NCBI GenBank assembly: GCA_043824255.1
Contig: JBDRTG010000027.1
Coordinates: 64,001-128,000, forward strand
Direction: 5' to 3'
DNA: 64,000 nt
Source of the DNA: a bacterium
Lineage (GTDB): Bacteria; JAHJDO01
The translations under genes were made by a program, and so were the position numbers. This document shows, piece by piece, positions 26,534 to 37,590 of the stretch. The notes under the pieces are model-generated. The model saw only the letters and a list, made by a program, of their open reading frames with translations. It made no database searches and had not been told where the DNA came from. Each line of letters opens with the position of its first letter. Position 1 is the first letter of the stretch.

Positions 26534-28839
26534 TGGCAAAAAAACGTTACGTAAGTATTTTTCTCTTTCTCTTTATTTCCTTTCTCACACTCTGCGTCTC
26601 TGAGGTATGTGCTGAGCAGGCTCCTAAGGATGTAAAAAAAGTGACCAAAGTAAGTGTGAAAGGGAATAGCAGAATAAGCACTTCCACTATTCTGAGCAGA
26701 ATAGAAACCAAGGAAGGAATGCCGTTTTTGCAGGAAGTAGTGAGCGCGGATATTGAAAGGCTGTATGAGCTTGGACATTTTCAGGATATAACTGTAGATG
26801 CTTCTGAGTTTCTTGGAGGGCTGAACATTACTTTTGCTGTTCAGGAGAGACCTGCTATTGAGAAAATTGTGATATCTGGCAATAAAAAATTAAAGCTAAA
26901 AAAGATAAAAAGAATTATGTCTATTGTCATGGGAGATACATATAATGAGAAACGTCTAAAGAGAAACGAGGAATCTATATATGAACTGTACAAAAACGAC
27001 GGATATTATGCAGCTATCGTTAGTCATACTGTTGAGGAGAAGGAGCTCGGCAAAGTTGTTGTCAATATCAAGATAAAAGAGGGGAAGAAAGTAAGGATAA
27101 AAAAGATTATTTTTGATGGAAATAGCCATTTCAGTAACTGGAAGCTAAAGAGACAAATGATAACGAAAAAAACCAGACTAAAATGGTTCCCAAAGGGATA
27201 TTATGACCCTGATAAATTAAAAGAAGATATAAAGCGGCTTAAACTTTATTACGACAAAGCCGGGTATATAAAAGCTGAGATAGAAGAAGCAGACATAACC
27301 TTTAATGAGGCAAGAACTAAGATGTATATAAGAATTCCTATTAGTGAAAATAATAGGTATTTCACAAACAAAATCATTGTAGCTGGCAATAAGAGTTTCC
27401 CTCCTCAGGAGATTATAAATATGCTGGATATGAAAAAAGGCGATGCTTTTAGTGAATATGGAGTTTCTAAGGATATTTATAATATACGAATGTTTTACGG
27501 AGAGAGAGGATATATAGACGCTTATGTGAATCCAGAAACACAGATTAATGATAAAGATAAAACAGTTGATGCAGTGTATAATATATACGAAGGGAGTATT
27601 AACTATGTTCGCCGTATTATTATTAATGGGAATCTGGAAACAAAGGACAAGGTTATTCGCAGAGAAGTAAGAATAAAGCCAGGAGAAAAGTTTGATACAA
27701 AAAAGGTTAAGCGAAGCAGGGAAAGGTTAATGAATCTAGGTTATTTCTCAATGGTAAATTTTTCTGATGAGAAAGCAGAAGAAATAAATGTCAGGGACTT
27801 GATTTGTGATGTAGAAGAAAAAAAGACAGGCAGTTTCTCCTTTGGCGGCGGATACAGCACAGTGGAGAATGCCATAGGATTTATAGAGCTTAGACAGAGT
27901 AATTTCGATATCAAGAACTTTCCGAGTTTTTCAGGCGGGGGCCAGTATGCCAGTATCCGGGCTGATATAAGCGCAAGACGGCAGAATTTTGTCCTGAGCT
28001 TTACAGAGCCGTGGTTTATGGATAAGCCTCTTTCCGCAGGGTTTGATCTATACAATAAAACCTATTATCAGGAAGAATGGACAGAAACTAAAACTGGCGG
28101 GGATATAAGAGTTGGACGCTCCATTACAGAATATACACGAGGCTCTCTTACATATAAATGCGAGAATGTAGATGTGGGCGACTTAACAGATGATGCTCCT
28201 GATGTAGTAGCGGATGATGAAGGATCAGCAACTATCAGCAGTATAACAGCCAAGATAAAAAATGATCACAGAGATAATATTTTTGATCCGACTAAAGGTT
28301 ATCTAAATGTAGTGTCTGTAGAGTGTGCTGGCGGTCCTTTTCTCGGAGATAAGGATTTTTATAAAGTAACAGGCAGCACAAGCAAGTATTTTCCTTTAAC
28401 TAAAAAGTCTGTGTTCAATATTCGTTTTAGAGCGGGAGTGGTTGACAATTATGGAAGCACGAAGCGAGTACCAGTTTATGAACGATTCTATATAGGAGGA
28501 CCAAGCACAGTTCGAGGATATGATTACAGCAGTATAGGCCCTAAAGACGATGATGTTAATGTTGGTGGAAATTCGATGTTAGTTGGTAATCTGGAGTACT
28601 CATATCTTTTGGTAGACACAACAGATACTCCAACCAAAAGTCCTATGAAGATCAGAGGTTTGGTATTCTATGATGCTGGAAACGCATGGAGAAGCTCAGG
28701 CGGTTTCTCAGGTTCACTAAAAACAAGCATAGGAACCGGTATAAGAATACTTATACCTATACCTGTTACATTATTTTATGGATATGGGATAGATAGGCAT
28801 AAAGGCAGATTTGACATTTCCATATCTTATAGTTTCTAG
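26533..28839 (+). CDS. bamA: Outer membrane protein assembly factor BamA
   Basis: Signal peptide, POTRA repeats, FTEPW, VRGY, C-terminal Phe. Confidence 0.93.
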   Translation: MAKKRYVSIFLFLFISFLTLCVSEVCAEQAPKDVKKVTKVSVKGNSRISTSTILSRIETKEGMPFLQEVVSADIERLYELGHFQDITVDASEFLGGLNITFAVQERPAIEKIVISGNKKLKLKKIKRIMSIVMGDTYNEKRLKRNEESIYELYKNDGYYAAIVSHTVEEKELGKVVVNIKIKEGKKVRIKKIIFDGNSHFSNWKLKRQMITKKTRLKWFPKGYYDPDKLKEDIKRLKLYYDKAGYIKAEIEEADITFNEARTKMYIRIPISENNRYFTNKIIVAGNKSFPPQEIINMLDMKKGDAFSEYGVSKDIYNIRMFYGERGYIDAYVNPETQINDKDKTVDAVYNIYEGSINYVRRIIINGNLETKDKVIRREVRIKPGEKFDTKKVKRSRERLMNLGYFSMVNFSDEKAEEINVRDLICDVEEKKTGSFSFGGGYSTVENAIGFIELRQSNFDIKNFPSFSGGGQYASIRADISARRQNFVLSFTEPWFMDKPLSAGFDLYNKTYYQEEWTETKTGGDIRVGRSITEYTRGSLTYKCENVDVGDLTDDAPDVVADDEGSATISSITAKIKNDHRDNIFDPTKGYLNVVSVECAGGPFLGDKDFYKVTGSTSKYFPLTKKSVFNIRFRAGVVDNYGSTKRVPVYERFYIGGPSTVRGYDYSSIGPKDDDVNVGGNSMLVGNLEYSYLLVDTTDTPTKSPMKIRGLVFYDAGNAWRSSGGFSGSLKTSIGTGIRILIPIPVTLFYGYGIDRHKGRFDISISYSF

Positions 28840-28850
28840 GAGAAGTGTAA

Positions 28851-29378
28851 ATGCAACATATTAAATATTTGCTAATTTTTTTATTTTTGTTTTGTATTCT
28901 GTCTTCAACCTGTCATGCAGCAGATGAGTTAAAGATAGGGTATGTAAATTTCTCTGTGCTGTTTGAAGATTACTATAAGACCAAGAAAGCAGAGGCAGAG
29001 TTGAAGACAGAAGCGGATAAGAGAGAAGAGAGGATAAAAGAAATTCGAGAGGAGATTAATAATATTCAGAAGAAGCGGGGATCGGGTGTGTTAAAGCAAG
29101 AGGAAAAAGATAAACAGAAAGGAGTTCTTGAACAAAAAGCTCTTCAATTGAATAGAGTTATTAGAGAAAGCAAAAGAGAACTGGAGGTTAAGAGAGAAAA
29201 AGCCATTAGGGAAATTATAAAGGACATAGAGGCTGTGATCAGAGAATATTCAGAAAAAAGTGGATATACTCTGGTAATGGGGAATCGTGATCTATTATAT
29301 GTGGATAAAAAATTGGACATTACAAAGCATATAGAAGATTTATTGAAGAAAAAAGAAATAAAGGAAAGCAGAAAATGA
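28851..29378 (+). CDS. skp: Skp/OmpH periplasmic chaperone
   Basis: Signal peptide, KIGYVN, coiled coil, GYTLV..LLY...DIT; follows bamA. Confidence 0.88.
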   Translation: MQHIKYLLIFLFLFCILSSTCHAADELKIGYVNFSVLFEDYYKTKKAEAELKTEADKREERIKEIREEINNIQKKRGSGVLKQEEKDKQKGVLEQKALQLNRVIRESKRELEVKREKAIREIIKDIEAVIREYSEKSGYTLVMGNRDLLYVDKKLDITKHIEDLLKKKEIKESRK

Positions 29379-30676
29379 CAAAAGGGAAGATTATGCAATT
29401 ACAGACAACAATAAGCAATGAAGCGAGTTGCGAAGGTATTGGCTTGCATACAGGAAATGAAACCACAATTTATTTTAAACCTGCAGATGAAAATACAGGT
29501 ATAAAATTTATAAGAGCAGATTTACCAGAAAGGCCAACAGTTAAAGCGGATATTAGTGGAGTTGTTGATACAGCCAGAGGGACTTCTCTGGGTAAAAGCG
29601 ATATAAAAGTGCATACTGTAGAGCATGTACTGGCAGCAGCAGCAGGTTTAGGGATTGATAATATGTTGGTTGAACTCAGCAGCAATGAGCCTCCTGTAGT
29701 TGATGGAAGCGCTTTGCCATTTATAGAGGCGCTGGAAGGGGCAAAGCTTGTGCAGCAAAAAGCGCCTAAGAAGTTTTTTGAAGTAAAAGAGCCTGTCTGG
29801 GTTTCAGAAAATGGTTCTTCTTTGGTTGCTTTGCCATCAAAAGATTTTCGAATCTCATTTACTATTGACTACAACCATCCTGTGCTTAATTCCCAATTCG
29901 CCTCAGTTATAATTACCCCGGAATCTTTTAAGGGGGAAATAGCCTCTGCAAGAACATTCTGTTTTCTGGAAGAGGTGGAGATGTTGCAAAAAGAAGGGCT
30001 CATAAAAGGTGGTAGTTTAGAGAATGCTGTTGTTATAGGGGACGAAGCTCTTCTTAACGATAAATTGAGGTTTGAAAACGAGTTTGTTATGCATAAGATA
30101 CTTGATTTAATAGGCGATCTGTATTTGCTTGGACAGCCCCTGAAAGCACATGTTATTGCAATAAAGAGCGGTCATTCCTTAAATATAGAGCTGGTTAAAA
30201 GACTTAAAAAAATGGGAGGGCTGGTGGATGACGATGATACGGAGACAAAAACTAGTTTAGACATAGATGAGATAAAAAAGATTCTTCCGCATAGATATCC
30301 ATTTTTACTTATTGACAGGATAACAAAGATTGAAGGAGATAAAAAGGTAGTAGGGATTAAGAATGTTACTGCAAACGAAAGTTTTTTTCAGGGGCACTTT
30401 CCAGACTATCCAATAATGCCTGGCGTACTAATTGTTGAGGCAATGGCGCAGGTAGGCGGGATTCTGTTATTGAGAAAGAAAGAGAATAGAGGAAAGACGC
30501 CATTTTTTGCTAAGATGGATAATGTCAAATTAAGACGACCTGTCAGACCAGGAGATCAACTTGTTATAGAGGTTGAGGTAATTAAGGCAAAGAGCAGAGT
30601 TGGAAGGATAATGGCAAAGGCTTCTGTTAATGGGGAAATAGTATGCGAAGCGGAATTAACATCAATCATACAATAA
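29375..30676 (+). CDS. lpxC: Bifunctional LpxC deacetylase / FabZ dehydratase
   Basis: [23 protein letters not shown], followed by [29 protein letters not shown]. Confidence 0.95.
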   Translation: MTKGKIMQLQTTISNEASCEGIGLHTGNETTIYFKPADENTGIKFIRADLPERPTVKADISGVVDTARGTSLGKSDIKVHTVEHVLAAAAGLGIDNMLVELSSNEPPVVDGSALPFIEALEGAKLVQQKAPKKFFEVKEPVWVSENGSSLVALPSKDFRISFTIDYNHPVLNSQFASVIITPESFKGEIASARTFCFLEEVEMLQKEGLIKGGSLENAVVIGDEALLNDKLRFENEFVMHKILDLIGDLYLLGQPLKAHVIAIKSGHSLNIELVKRLKKMGGLVDDDDTETKTSLDIDEIKKILPHRYPFLLIDRITKIEGDKKVVGIKNVTANESFFQGHFPDYPIMPGVLIVEAMAQVGGILLLRKKENRGKTPFFAKMDNVKLRRPVRPGDQLVIEVEVIKAKSRVGRIMAKASVNGEIVCEAELTSIIQ

Positions 30677-30689
30677 AGGATAATAGAAA

Positions 30690-31460
30690 ATGACAATCCA
30701 TAATACAGCAGTCATTTCTCCAAGCGCTAAGATTTCCAAAGGTGTAAAAATCGGGCCATGGAGCGTTATAGGAGAAAATGTTGAAATAGGGAAAAACACA
30801 GAGATTGGCTCTAATGTTGTAATAGATGGCTGGACAACCATAGGGGAAAACAATAAGATATCTCCAGGGGCAGTTATTGGAACAGCTCCACAGGATATAA
30901 AATATACGGGTAAACGCACATATGTTAGAATAGGGAACGGCAATATCATAAGAGAATATGTTACGATTAACAGAGCAACAGAGACAGAGACAGAAACAGT
31001 AGTAGGGGATAACAATTTTCTTATGGCATATACACATGTGGCTCATAATTGCAGAGTAGGGAACAGTGTTATAATGGTTAATTTTTCAGCATTATCAGGA
31101 CATAGCGTACTGGAGGATGGATGTGTGCTGGCCGGTGTGGTAGGCATTCATCAAGGTGCAAGGGTTGGTAAATTTGCTATGGTAGGAGGATTATCCAAGG
31201 TGGTCAAGGATATTCCTCCATTTGCAAGGGCAGATGGCCATCCTACAAGGATATATGGACTGAATACTATAGGATTAACCAGAAAAAACATCCCTGCTCC
31301 AGTTATAGAAAAACTTAAAAAGGCTTATAAAATCTTATTTAGATCCGGCATGAATACTAGTCAGGCTATAAAAAAAATTGAGGAAGAGATTCCCTTAATA
31401 GATGAGATACAATATCTTATAAATTTTATTAGAGCATCTGATAGAGGTATATGTAAATGA
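30690..31460 (+). CDS. lpxA: UDP-N-acetylglucosamine O-acyltransferase
   Basis: Hexapeptide repeats, PQDIKY, IREYVTINR, MAYTHVAHNC, GLNTIGL. Confidence 0.95.
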   Translation: MTIHNTAVISPSAKISKGVKIGPWSVIGENVEIGKNTEIGSNVVIDGWTTIGENNKISPGAVIGTAPQDIKYTGKRTYVRIGNGNIIREYVTINRATETETETVVGDNNFLMAYTHVAHNCRVGNSVIMVNFSALSGHSVLEDGCVLAGVVGIHQGARVGKFAMVGGLSKVVKDIPPFARADGHPTRIYGLNTIGLTRKNIPAPVIEKLKKAYKILFRSGMNTSQAIKKIEEEIPLIDEIQYLINFIRASDRGICK

Positions 31461-32275
31461 AGGATGTAATAACTAGTTCTAGGATTGGCTTGATCTCTGG
31501 GAAAGGAAAGTTTCCCATTATTTTAGCGCAAGAAGCTAGGAGAAGGGGCATGAAGGTAGTTGCTATTGCATTAAAAGAGGCAACAAATGCTGAGTTGGAA
31601 AACTATGTAGATAAAATATATTGGATCAGTATTGGAGAGATGGAAAAAGGTTTAGATATTTTAGTCAAAGAAGAGTTAAAAGAAGTTTTTATGGTAGGGA
31701 AGGTAGAAAAGAGCCTGCTGTTTAAAAATATTTCAAGAGACGGTATGATATCTAGTCTTATTAAATCTGCAGCTGATAAATTAGATAATACACTGCTAAA
31801 GGCAATATCAAATAAACTGGCTGAATTAGATATAGAGTTGCTGGATTCTACTATACTTATTAGGCCTCTTATACCTCAAAGAGGCATCCTTACAGAAAGA
31901 AAGCCTACACAAGAAGAAGTGGATGATATTAGTTTTGGGCAGAGAATAGCCAAATCGATCGCAGCGCTCTATATAGGACAAACAGTTATTGTAAAGGATA
32001 AAGCTGTCCTGGCAGTGGAGTCAATAGAGGGTACAGACCAGACAATTAAACGAGCTGGCATGTATTGTAAAAAGGGCATAGTTATGGTTAAAGTCAGCTG
32101 GCCTGATCAGGATATGCGTCTTGATGTTCCTACAATTGGTACTGATACAATCAAACTTTTAAAAGAGGCCAATGCATCTGCAATAGCTATAGAAGCGCAG
32201 AAAACTATCGTTCTAGATATAGAAGAATCTGTTAATATGGCAAACCGCGCTGGAATCTGCATTGTTGCGTTCTAA
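31457..32275 (+). CDS. lpxI: UDP-2,3-diacylglucosamine hydrolase LpxI
   Basis: IGLISGKGKFP, IGQTVIV, AVESIEGTD, QDMRLDVPTIG. Confidence 0.92.
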   Translation: MKDVITSSRIGLISGKGKFPIILAQEARRRGMKVVAIALKEATNAELENYVDKIYWISIGEMEKGLDILVKEELKEVFMVGKVEKSLLFKNISRDGMISSLIKSAADKLDNTLLKAISNKLAELDIELLDSTILIRPLIPQRGILTERKPTQEEVDDISFGQRIAKSIAALYIGQTVIVKDKAVLAVESIEGTDQTIKRAGMYCKKGIVMVKVSWPDQDMRLDVPTIGTDTIKLLKEANASAIAIEAQKTIVLDIEESVNMANRAGICIVAF

Positions 32276-33789
32276 TGTGTTAAAGCATAAGCAATAATAT
32301 TTGTAGCAAGTTTTATACTGTCCGGATGTTTTATCCCAAGCCTGATGGGATAGGATACAACGTTCTGCCATCCCCACGCCAAATCGTATTTGCTGTAAAC
32401 CAGCACAATATTCCCTCCTATACTGATTCCTTCAAGAGATGGCGAATCTGATGCATTAATCAGGCGAACATGATCTGTATATTTAACTGATTTAATATCA
32501 TGTATAGTGCTATAAATAGGATGAGTTGTGGAAATCTGTGTTAATTTTTTATCAGGGAATATATTTTTAATATAGTGCCTAAAGGATGTGTCAAATACTT
32601 TCATCCCTGCTCTATTATCAACAAGCAGAAAGCCTCCTCTGGTTAAATATTTTCTGAGATTGCTACACTCCTGATCTGAAAGAACAAATTCTCCATGACC
32701 AGTCATATATAAAAATGGATATGTAAACAGATTGGAATTTGTTAATGTTATTTCTTTTGGACGCAAACTTACTTCACATGATGTGCTATTGGCAAGTTCT
32801 CTCAGCAGATTGGAGAGACGGGATAAAGAAGGGTCCCAGTATCCACTGTGTTTGATTTGAGCAATAAAGAATTCGGACGATTCTTTTTCTTTAGGAGATT
32901 TATAGAGGCGCTGAACACTTAGATATTCTCCAACAGGATAGAAGCTTAAGATGTAAGCAATGATGTTATCCCCCATTTTTAGAGAATCTGAGATAGAATA
33001 TCTTTTCCCATAATTATGAGTGTGGCCAGACCATCCACAGCTAAGATCATATATGGATAGAAATAACGCTGTGCGTGAGCCAATATCAATTCCATAGAGA
33101 ACTGGCTCTGAATAAAAATATTTTTTATCAATCTTCATACGCTCTTTCTCTATAGTATGAAGCGTCCTATAAACAGGATGATCAAGTGGTAATTTATATA
33201 GAGGTCGATCAGGAAACATTTCTCCAATCAGCTTGGTAAAAGACTGTCTGATTTCGTCTCTTCCACAACAGCAGTCACAAATCAGCGTGCCACCGCTCTC
33301 CAGATATCTGCGTATTGATATGAGCTCTTTTTTATCAAATGAAAATGAAAGGTGTCCTGTAATATAGAGAATTGGACAATCCTTTGGACTGATTACAGGA
33401 TTTTTTTGAACATAGGAGGAGAGAGAGAGCCGTGAAGTTTTATACTGGACATTAAGTGTTTTTTTTATATGTCCTAAGAGCCCATAGTCATCGCTCCAGT
33501 CGCTGAGCCATTGCTTATTTACGCCATATTCGATTTTTACAAGAAGCACAGGCGGAGAAGGAGGGCGTTTTTTTTCCGTTCTGCGTAAAGGAGCAACAGG
33601 TAACGGTAAAGGAGGAAAGGATTCTCCTCCTGCGCGTCTATGAGCCTTTGCTTTAGGAGGAGGACCGCACACATCCAGAACTTTTTCTTCCTGCGCTAAT
33701 GAATAAGAAAAACAAAATACTAAGAGAATATTAAAAATTATGAATTGGAATTTTTTTATCATATTAAACCTCTTCCATGCATTATACAC
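32272..33789 (-). CDS. Exported protein with two DUF4159-like domains
   Basis: Signal peptide (likely start MIKKF); duplicated P(I/F)LY(I/M)TGH..LR.YL..GG..HP(V/I)Y..DL..GW. Confidence 0.75.
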   Translation of the reverse strand: MYNAWKRFNMIKKFQFIIFNILLVFCFSYSLAQEEKVLDVCGPPPKAKAHRRAGGESFPPLPLPVAPLRRTEKKRPPSPPVLLVKIEYGVNKQWLSDWSDDYGLLGHIKKTLNVQYKTSRLSLSSYVQKNPVISPKDCPILYITGHLSFSFDKKELISIRRYLESGGTLICDCCCGRDEIRQSFTKLIGEMFPDRPLYKLPLDHPVYRTLHTIEKERMKIDKKYFYSEPVLYGIDIGSRTALFLSIYDLSCGWSGHTHNYGKRYSISDSLKMGDNIIAYILSFYPVGEYLSVQRLYKSPKEKESSEFFIAQIKHSGYWDPSLSRLSNLLRELANSTSCEVSLRPKEITLTNSNLFTYPFLYMTGHGEFVLSDQECSNLRKYLTRGGFLLVDNRAGMKVFDTSFRHYIKNIFPDKKLTQISTTHPIYSTIHDIKSVKYTDHVRLINASDSPSLEGISIGGNIVLVYSKYDLAWGWQNVVSYPIRLGIKHPDSIKLATNIIAYALTH

Positions 33790-33876
33790 AAAATCTTAAT
33801 AAATAAAACTTCCCATTGTCTTATATCATTAAAATATGATACAATTCCCTTTATTGAAATGTGAGTATAAAAAATA

Positions 33877-34506
33877 TTGAATCCTACAATTTTATTACTA
33901 ATTTTTGTTTTGCTTTTTGCAGTTATAACACATGAAGTTGCCCATGGCTGGGTTGCCTATAAGTGTGGAGATCCTACTGCCCGGGATATGGGAAGACTTA
34001 CGCTTAATCCCCTGCCCCACATAGATCTATTTATGACGATAATAGTTCCTTTTTTAATATATCAGATGTCAGGGTTTATATTTGGAGGGGCAAAACCAGT
34101 TCCCATTAATCCTAATAATTTCAGGCATCCTAAAGGAGACATGATTCTCGTGTCTCTTGCCGGATGTGTGTCGAATTTTATAACAGCGATTTTTTTTGCA
34201 CTTCTTATAAGATTGGGGATTGCGGGAATACTGCCGGCTTTTACTACGCTGTGTATGTATGGTGTGCTGATAAATATTCTTTTGGGGGTGTTTAATCTTA
34301 TCCCAATACCTCCGTTGGATGGTTCAAAAGTGTTAATGTCAGTTCTACCGCACAGACAGATGATGACTTACTTAAAATTTGAGCGGTTTGGATTTATTTT
34401 GATAATGCTATTCGTTTTTTCTGGGATGTTTGGCTTTGTTGTTAGATATATCGTCTTGCCATTAGGATATTTTATGACTGGTGGATTAATTAATAGGATA
34501 TTATAG
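33877..34506 (+). CDS. Site-2 protease (peptidase M50)
   Basis: HEVAHG, GRLTLNP, FNLIPIPPLDGS. Confidence 0.92.
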   Translation: MNPTILLLIFVLLFAVITHEVAHGWVAYKCGDPTARDMGRLTLNPLPHIDLFMTIIVPFLIYQMSGFIFGGAKPVPINPNNFRHPKGDMILVSLAGCVSNFITAIFFALLIRLGIAGILPAFTTLCMYGVLINILLGVFNLIPIPPLDGSKVLMSVLPHRQMMTYLKFERFGFILIMLFVFSGMFGFVVRYIVLPLGYFMTGGLINRIL

Positions 34507-34542
34507 GAATGATAGAAATAGAGATGAAACGGAAATGCGAAT

Positions 34543-35553
34543 ATGTCTAACAAGGTAAAAAAGAGAATTTTAACAGGTGATAGACCGACAGGACAGTTAC
34601 ACATTGGACATCTTCTAGGCGCCCTGCAAGATCGTGTAGCACTTCAGGATGAATATGATACCTTTGTAATAATTGCTGATGTACAGGCGTTGACTGACAA
34701 TTTTAAAGATCCCCAAAAAGTGCGAAGCAACGTTTTTGAGGTTGCAATTGATAACCTTGCTGTTGGTATGGACCCAGACAAGTCAATCATTTTTATTCAA
34801 TCTCTAATCCCTGAAATAGCAGAACTGACTGTTTTTTATTCTAATCTAGTTACAATTGCCAGATTAGAGAGAAATCCGACAGTTAGAGAGGAGATTAAAC
34901 AAAAAAAGGATTTATTTGGCGATAGTGTAACATTTGGGTTCTTGGGATATCCAATTAGTCAGGCGGCAGACATTACTGCGTTTCAGGCTGATTTGGTACC
35001 GGTAGGCGATGATCAGTTACCTCAAATTGAGTTAACGAGAGAAATTGTTAGGAAATTCAACCAAATTTATGGGCAAACACTAAAGGAGCCGGAACCTAGA
35101 ATAGGGCGGTTTCCCAGGGTTAAAGGATTAGATGGGAATAAAATGAGCAAGAGCTTGAATAATGCTATATATCTAGCTGATTCTCCGGAAATAATTGAAA
35201 GAAAAGTTCTCTCAGCAATAACTGATACAGAGAAGATTCGTCTTAAGGATAAAGGGCATCCGGATATCTGTACAGTATATCATTATCATGAAATGTTTGG
35301 TGCTGAAAAATTAGAGATAATTAGAAAAGAGTGTAAAAAGGGAGATAGAGGTTGTGTTCAATGTAAAAAACAATTAGCTCAAGATATAATTAAAAAATTG
35401 TCCCCTATTCGGGAAAAAAGATTATACTATCAAGAGAGAAGAAAACTAGTTGAAGAAATTTTGTATGAGGGAACTAAAAAAGCGAGGCGAGTTGCGCAAG
35501 CTACTATGTCAGAGGTTAGGAAAGCAATGAAACTATACAGCGGAGGCTTTTAA
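34543..35553 (+). CDS. trpS: Tryptophanyl-tRNA synthetase
   Basis: TGDRPTG.LHIGH, YPISQAADI, VPVGDDQ, KMSKS. Confidence 0.96.
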   Translation: MSNKVKKRILTGDRPTGQLHIGHLLGALQDRVALQDEYDTFVIIADVQALTDNFKDPQKVRSNVFEVAIDNLAVGMDPDKSIIFIQSLIPEIAELTVFYSNLVTIARLERNPTVREEIKQKKDLFGDSVTFGFLGYPISQAADITAFQADLVPVGDDQLPQIELTREIVRKFNQIYGQTLKEPEPRIGRFPRVKGLDGNKMSKSLNNAIYLADSPEIIERKVLSAITDTEKIRLKDKGHPDICTVYHYHEMFGAEKLEIIRKECKKGDRGCVQCKKQLAQDIIKKLSPIREKRLYYQERRKLVEEILYEGTKKARRVAQATMSEVRKAMKLYSGGF

Positions 35554-36621
35554 ATGGGTATTAATAAATTGAGAAAAATGATAGATGAAGCGGATGAGGG
35601 GATTTTAAACCTATTGAATCAAAGAGCAAAAACAGCAGTAGCTATTGGTAAGGAAAAGCAGAAAAAGCGATTAAAAACACACGATAAGCTTCGTGAAGAG
35701 AAGATTCTCGAAAAACTTGTTTTGAGAAATGAAGGCCCCTTATCAAAAAAAATGATTATTGCTGTATATCGTGAAATACTATCTGTATGTCGCAGCTTGC
35801 AGTCCTCTATTAAAGTAGCATATTTGGGGCCAAAAGCTTCTAATGCCTATCTTGCTGCAAGGAAGAGATTTGGAGCATCTGTTGATTTTGTTCCTGTTAG
35901 TACTATTTTTGATGTTTTTAGAGAAGTTGAAAAAGACAAGGTGCATTTTGGTCTTGTTCCTGTTGAAAACTCCACAGAGGGAATGGTTTCCTATACATTA
36001 GACATGTTTTTTAGCTCTGAGCTTAAGATATCTGGAGAAGTTAGTTTGCCTATTACTCATAATTTATTAGCAAAAGGTTCTAAAAAGGAAATTAAACGTG
36101 TGTATTCTCATCCGCAGGCTCTAGCGCAGTGTAGAACATGGGTAAAGAATAATCTATCCTCTGTTCAATTCATAGAAATATCCAGCACTGCGGAGGCCGC
36201 AAAGTTAGCATCTCAGTCAAAACAGAATGGGGCAATAGCCAATGAACTTGCTGCTGAAGTGTACGATTTAAACATACTAGAGCAGCATATTGAAGATTTA
36301 GAAACTAATTTAACGCGTTTTCTGGTTATTAGTAAGGATCTTAGTGAAAAATGCAAGCATATGAAGACCTCTATCATGTTCTTTGTAAAAGATGAGCCCG
36401 GGTCACTCTATAATATACTCGAAATTTTTAAAAGACGTAATATTAATTTAACAAAGATTGAATCACGGCCGTCCAAGCAGAAAGCGTGGGAGTATATCTT
36501 CTTTATTGACTGCGAAGGGTACTGGAAGGATAAAGAGATAGAACTTGCACTAAAAGAATTAGAAAAAAAGTGTATTTCTTTGAAAGTGCTGGGTTCATAT
36601 CCTGTTGACACTACTGTGTAA
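35554..36621 (+). CDS. pheA: Chorismate mutase / prephenate dehydratase
   Basis: N-terminal CM domain, ENSTEG, SHPQALAQC, TRFLVI, NLTKIESRP. Confidence 0.95.
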   Translation: MGINKLRKMIDEADEGILNLLNQRAKTAVAIGKEKQKKRLKTHDKLREEKILEKLVLRNEGPLSKKMIIAVYREILSVCRSLQSSIKVAYLGPKASNAYLAARKRFGASVDFVPVSTIFDVFREVEKDKVHFGLVPVENSTEGMVSYTLDMFFSSELKISGEVSLPITHNLLAKGSKKEIKRVYSHPQALAQCRTWVKNNLSSVQFIEISSTAEAAKLASQSKQNGAIANELAAEVYDLNILEQHIEDLETNLTRFLVISKDLSEKCKHMKTSIMFFVKDEPGSLYNILEIFKRRNINLTKIESRPSKQKAWEYIFFIDCEGYWKDKEIELALKELEKKCISLKVLGSYPVDTTV

Positions 36622-36661
36622 ATCTGCTAAAAAGCGAATACTTCTATAAGGGAAAACACAC

Positions 36662-37441
36662 GTGTATGAAGTAAGAACATACCAACGATTAGTAAGAGAG
36701 GATGACTTAGTAATAACTAAAGTAATTGCTAAGGAAACAGAACTATTTATTAAAGCATGTGTGGATTTAGAAGAGGAGGCTTTGAATTCTCTCTTAAAAT
36801 ATCGTAAATACATAGAGGATTATATAAATCAGGATCCTTTATTTGAGACAGCATTGTCCTCTTATTCTCTAAATGATGATGCTCCTGAGATAGTAAAAGA
36901 AATGGCTGTACAGGCAAGCAAGGTTAATGTTGGACCTATGGCATCGGTTGCTGGTGCAATTGCAGAATATGTGGGAAAGGATCTTGCTGAATTTAGCGAC
37001 GAGCTTATCATAGAGAATGGCGGCGATGTGTATATGAATAGTAAAAAAGCGAGAGATGTTTGCATTTTTGCCGGAGACTCTATTTTTAGTGAAGATATAA
37101 AAATTAAAATAAAATCTCAACACATGCCAATAGGCGTCTGCACATCAAGTGGCTCAGTAGGACATTCTATGAGTTTTGGAGCTGCAGATGCAGTTACTGT
37201 TTTATCTAAGTCAGCTGTCTTTGCAGATGCGGCAGCTACGGCTATAGCAAATATGGTAGAAACAGAGGAAGATGTGGAAAGCATATTGAATTTTTCAAAA
37301 AAAATCCACAATCTTAACGGAGTAATTATCATAAAAAATAATACTCTAGGGGCATGGGGAGATTTTTGTATTGAAAGGAGGGGAGGAATAAAGTGCCAAA
37401 AGTCAGGGTGCGGAAAGATGAACCGATTGATAAAGCACTGA
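36662..37441 (+). CDS. UPF0280 / ApbE-like protein
   Basis: VGPMASVAGAIAE, IENGGD, CTSSGSVGHS.SFG.ADAV, ADAAATAIAN. Confidence 0.88.
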   Translation: MYEVRTYQRLVREDDLVITKVIAKETELFIKACVDLEEEALNSLLKYRKYIEDYINQDPLFETALSSYSLNDDAPEIVKEMAVQASKVNVGPMASVAGAIAEYVGKDLAEFSDELIIENGGDVYMNSKKARDVCIFAGDSIFSEDIKIKIKSQHMPIGVCTSSGSVGHSMSFGAADAVTVLSKSAVFADAAATAIANMVETEEDVESILNFSKKIHNLNGVIIIKNNTLGAWGDFCIERRGGIKCQKSGCGKMNRLIKH

Positions 37442-37590
37442 GGCGGCTAAAAAGAAAGATGGATAAGGAGGGTATAATAAGACAGATAAGACAGCTTGAA
37501 CATTTCGAAAAACCGTCTCAAAAGAAGCGAAGAAAAATGCTCAAAGCGAAGAAAGACGCCTACAATAGAAACAGGAATAAGGATAAGTAA
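37393..37590 (+). CDS. rpsU: 30S ribosomal protein S21
   Basis: EPIDKALRRLK, FEKPS; GGAGG RBS. Confidence 0.93.
   Translation: MPKVRVRKDEPIDKALRRLKRKMDKEGIIRQIRQLEHFEKPSQKKRRKMLKAKKDAYNRNRNKDK

Noticed and set aside
30978..30998. ACAGAG hexamer run in lpxA
   Set aside because: Encodes TETETET in a normal loop; too short to suggest phase variation.
37393..37441. 49-nt overlap of the UPF0280 ORF with rpsU
   Set aside because: Most simply a run-on C-terminus of the upstream gene.
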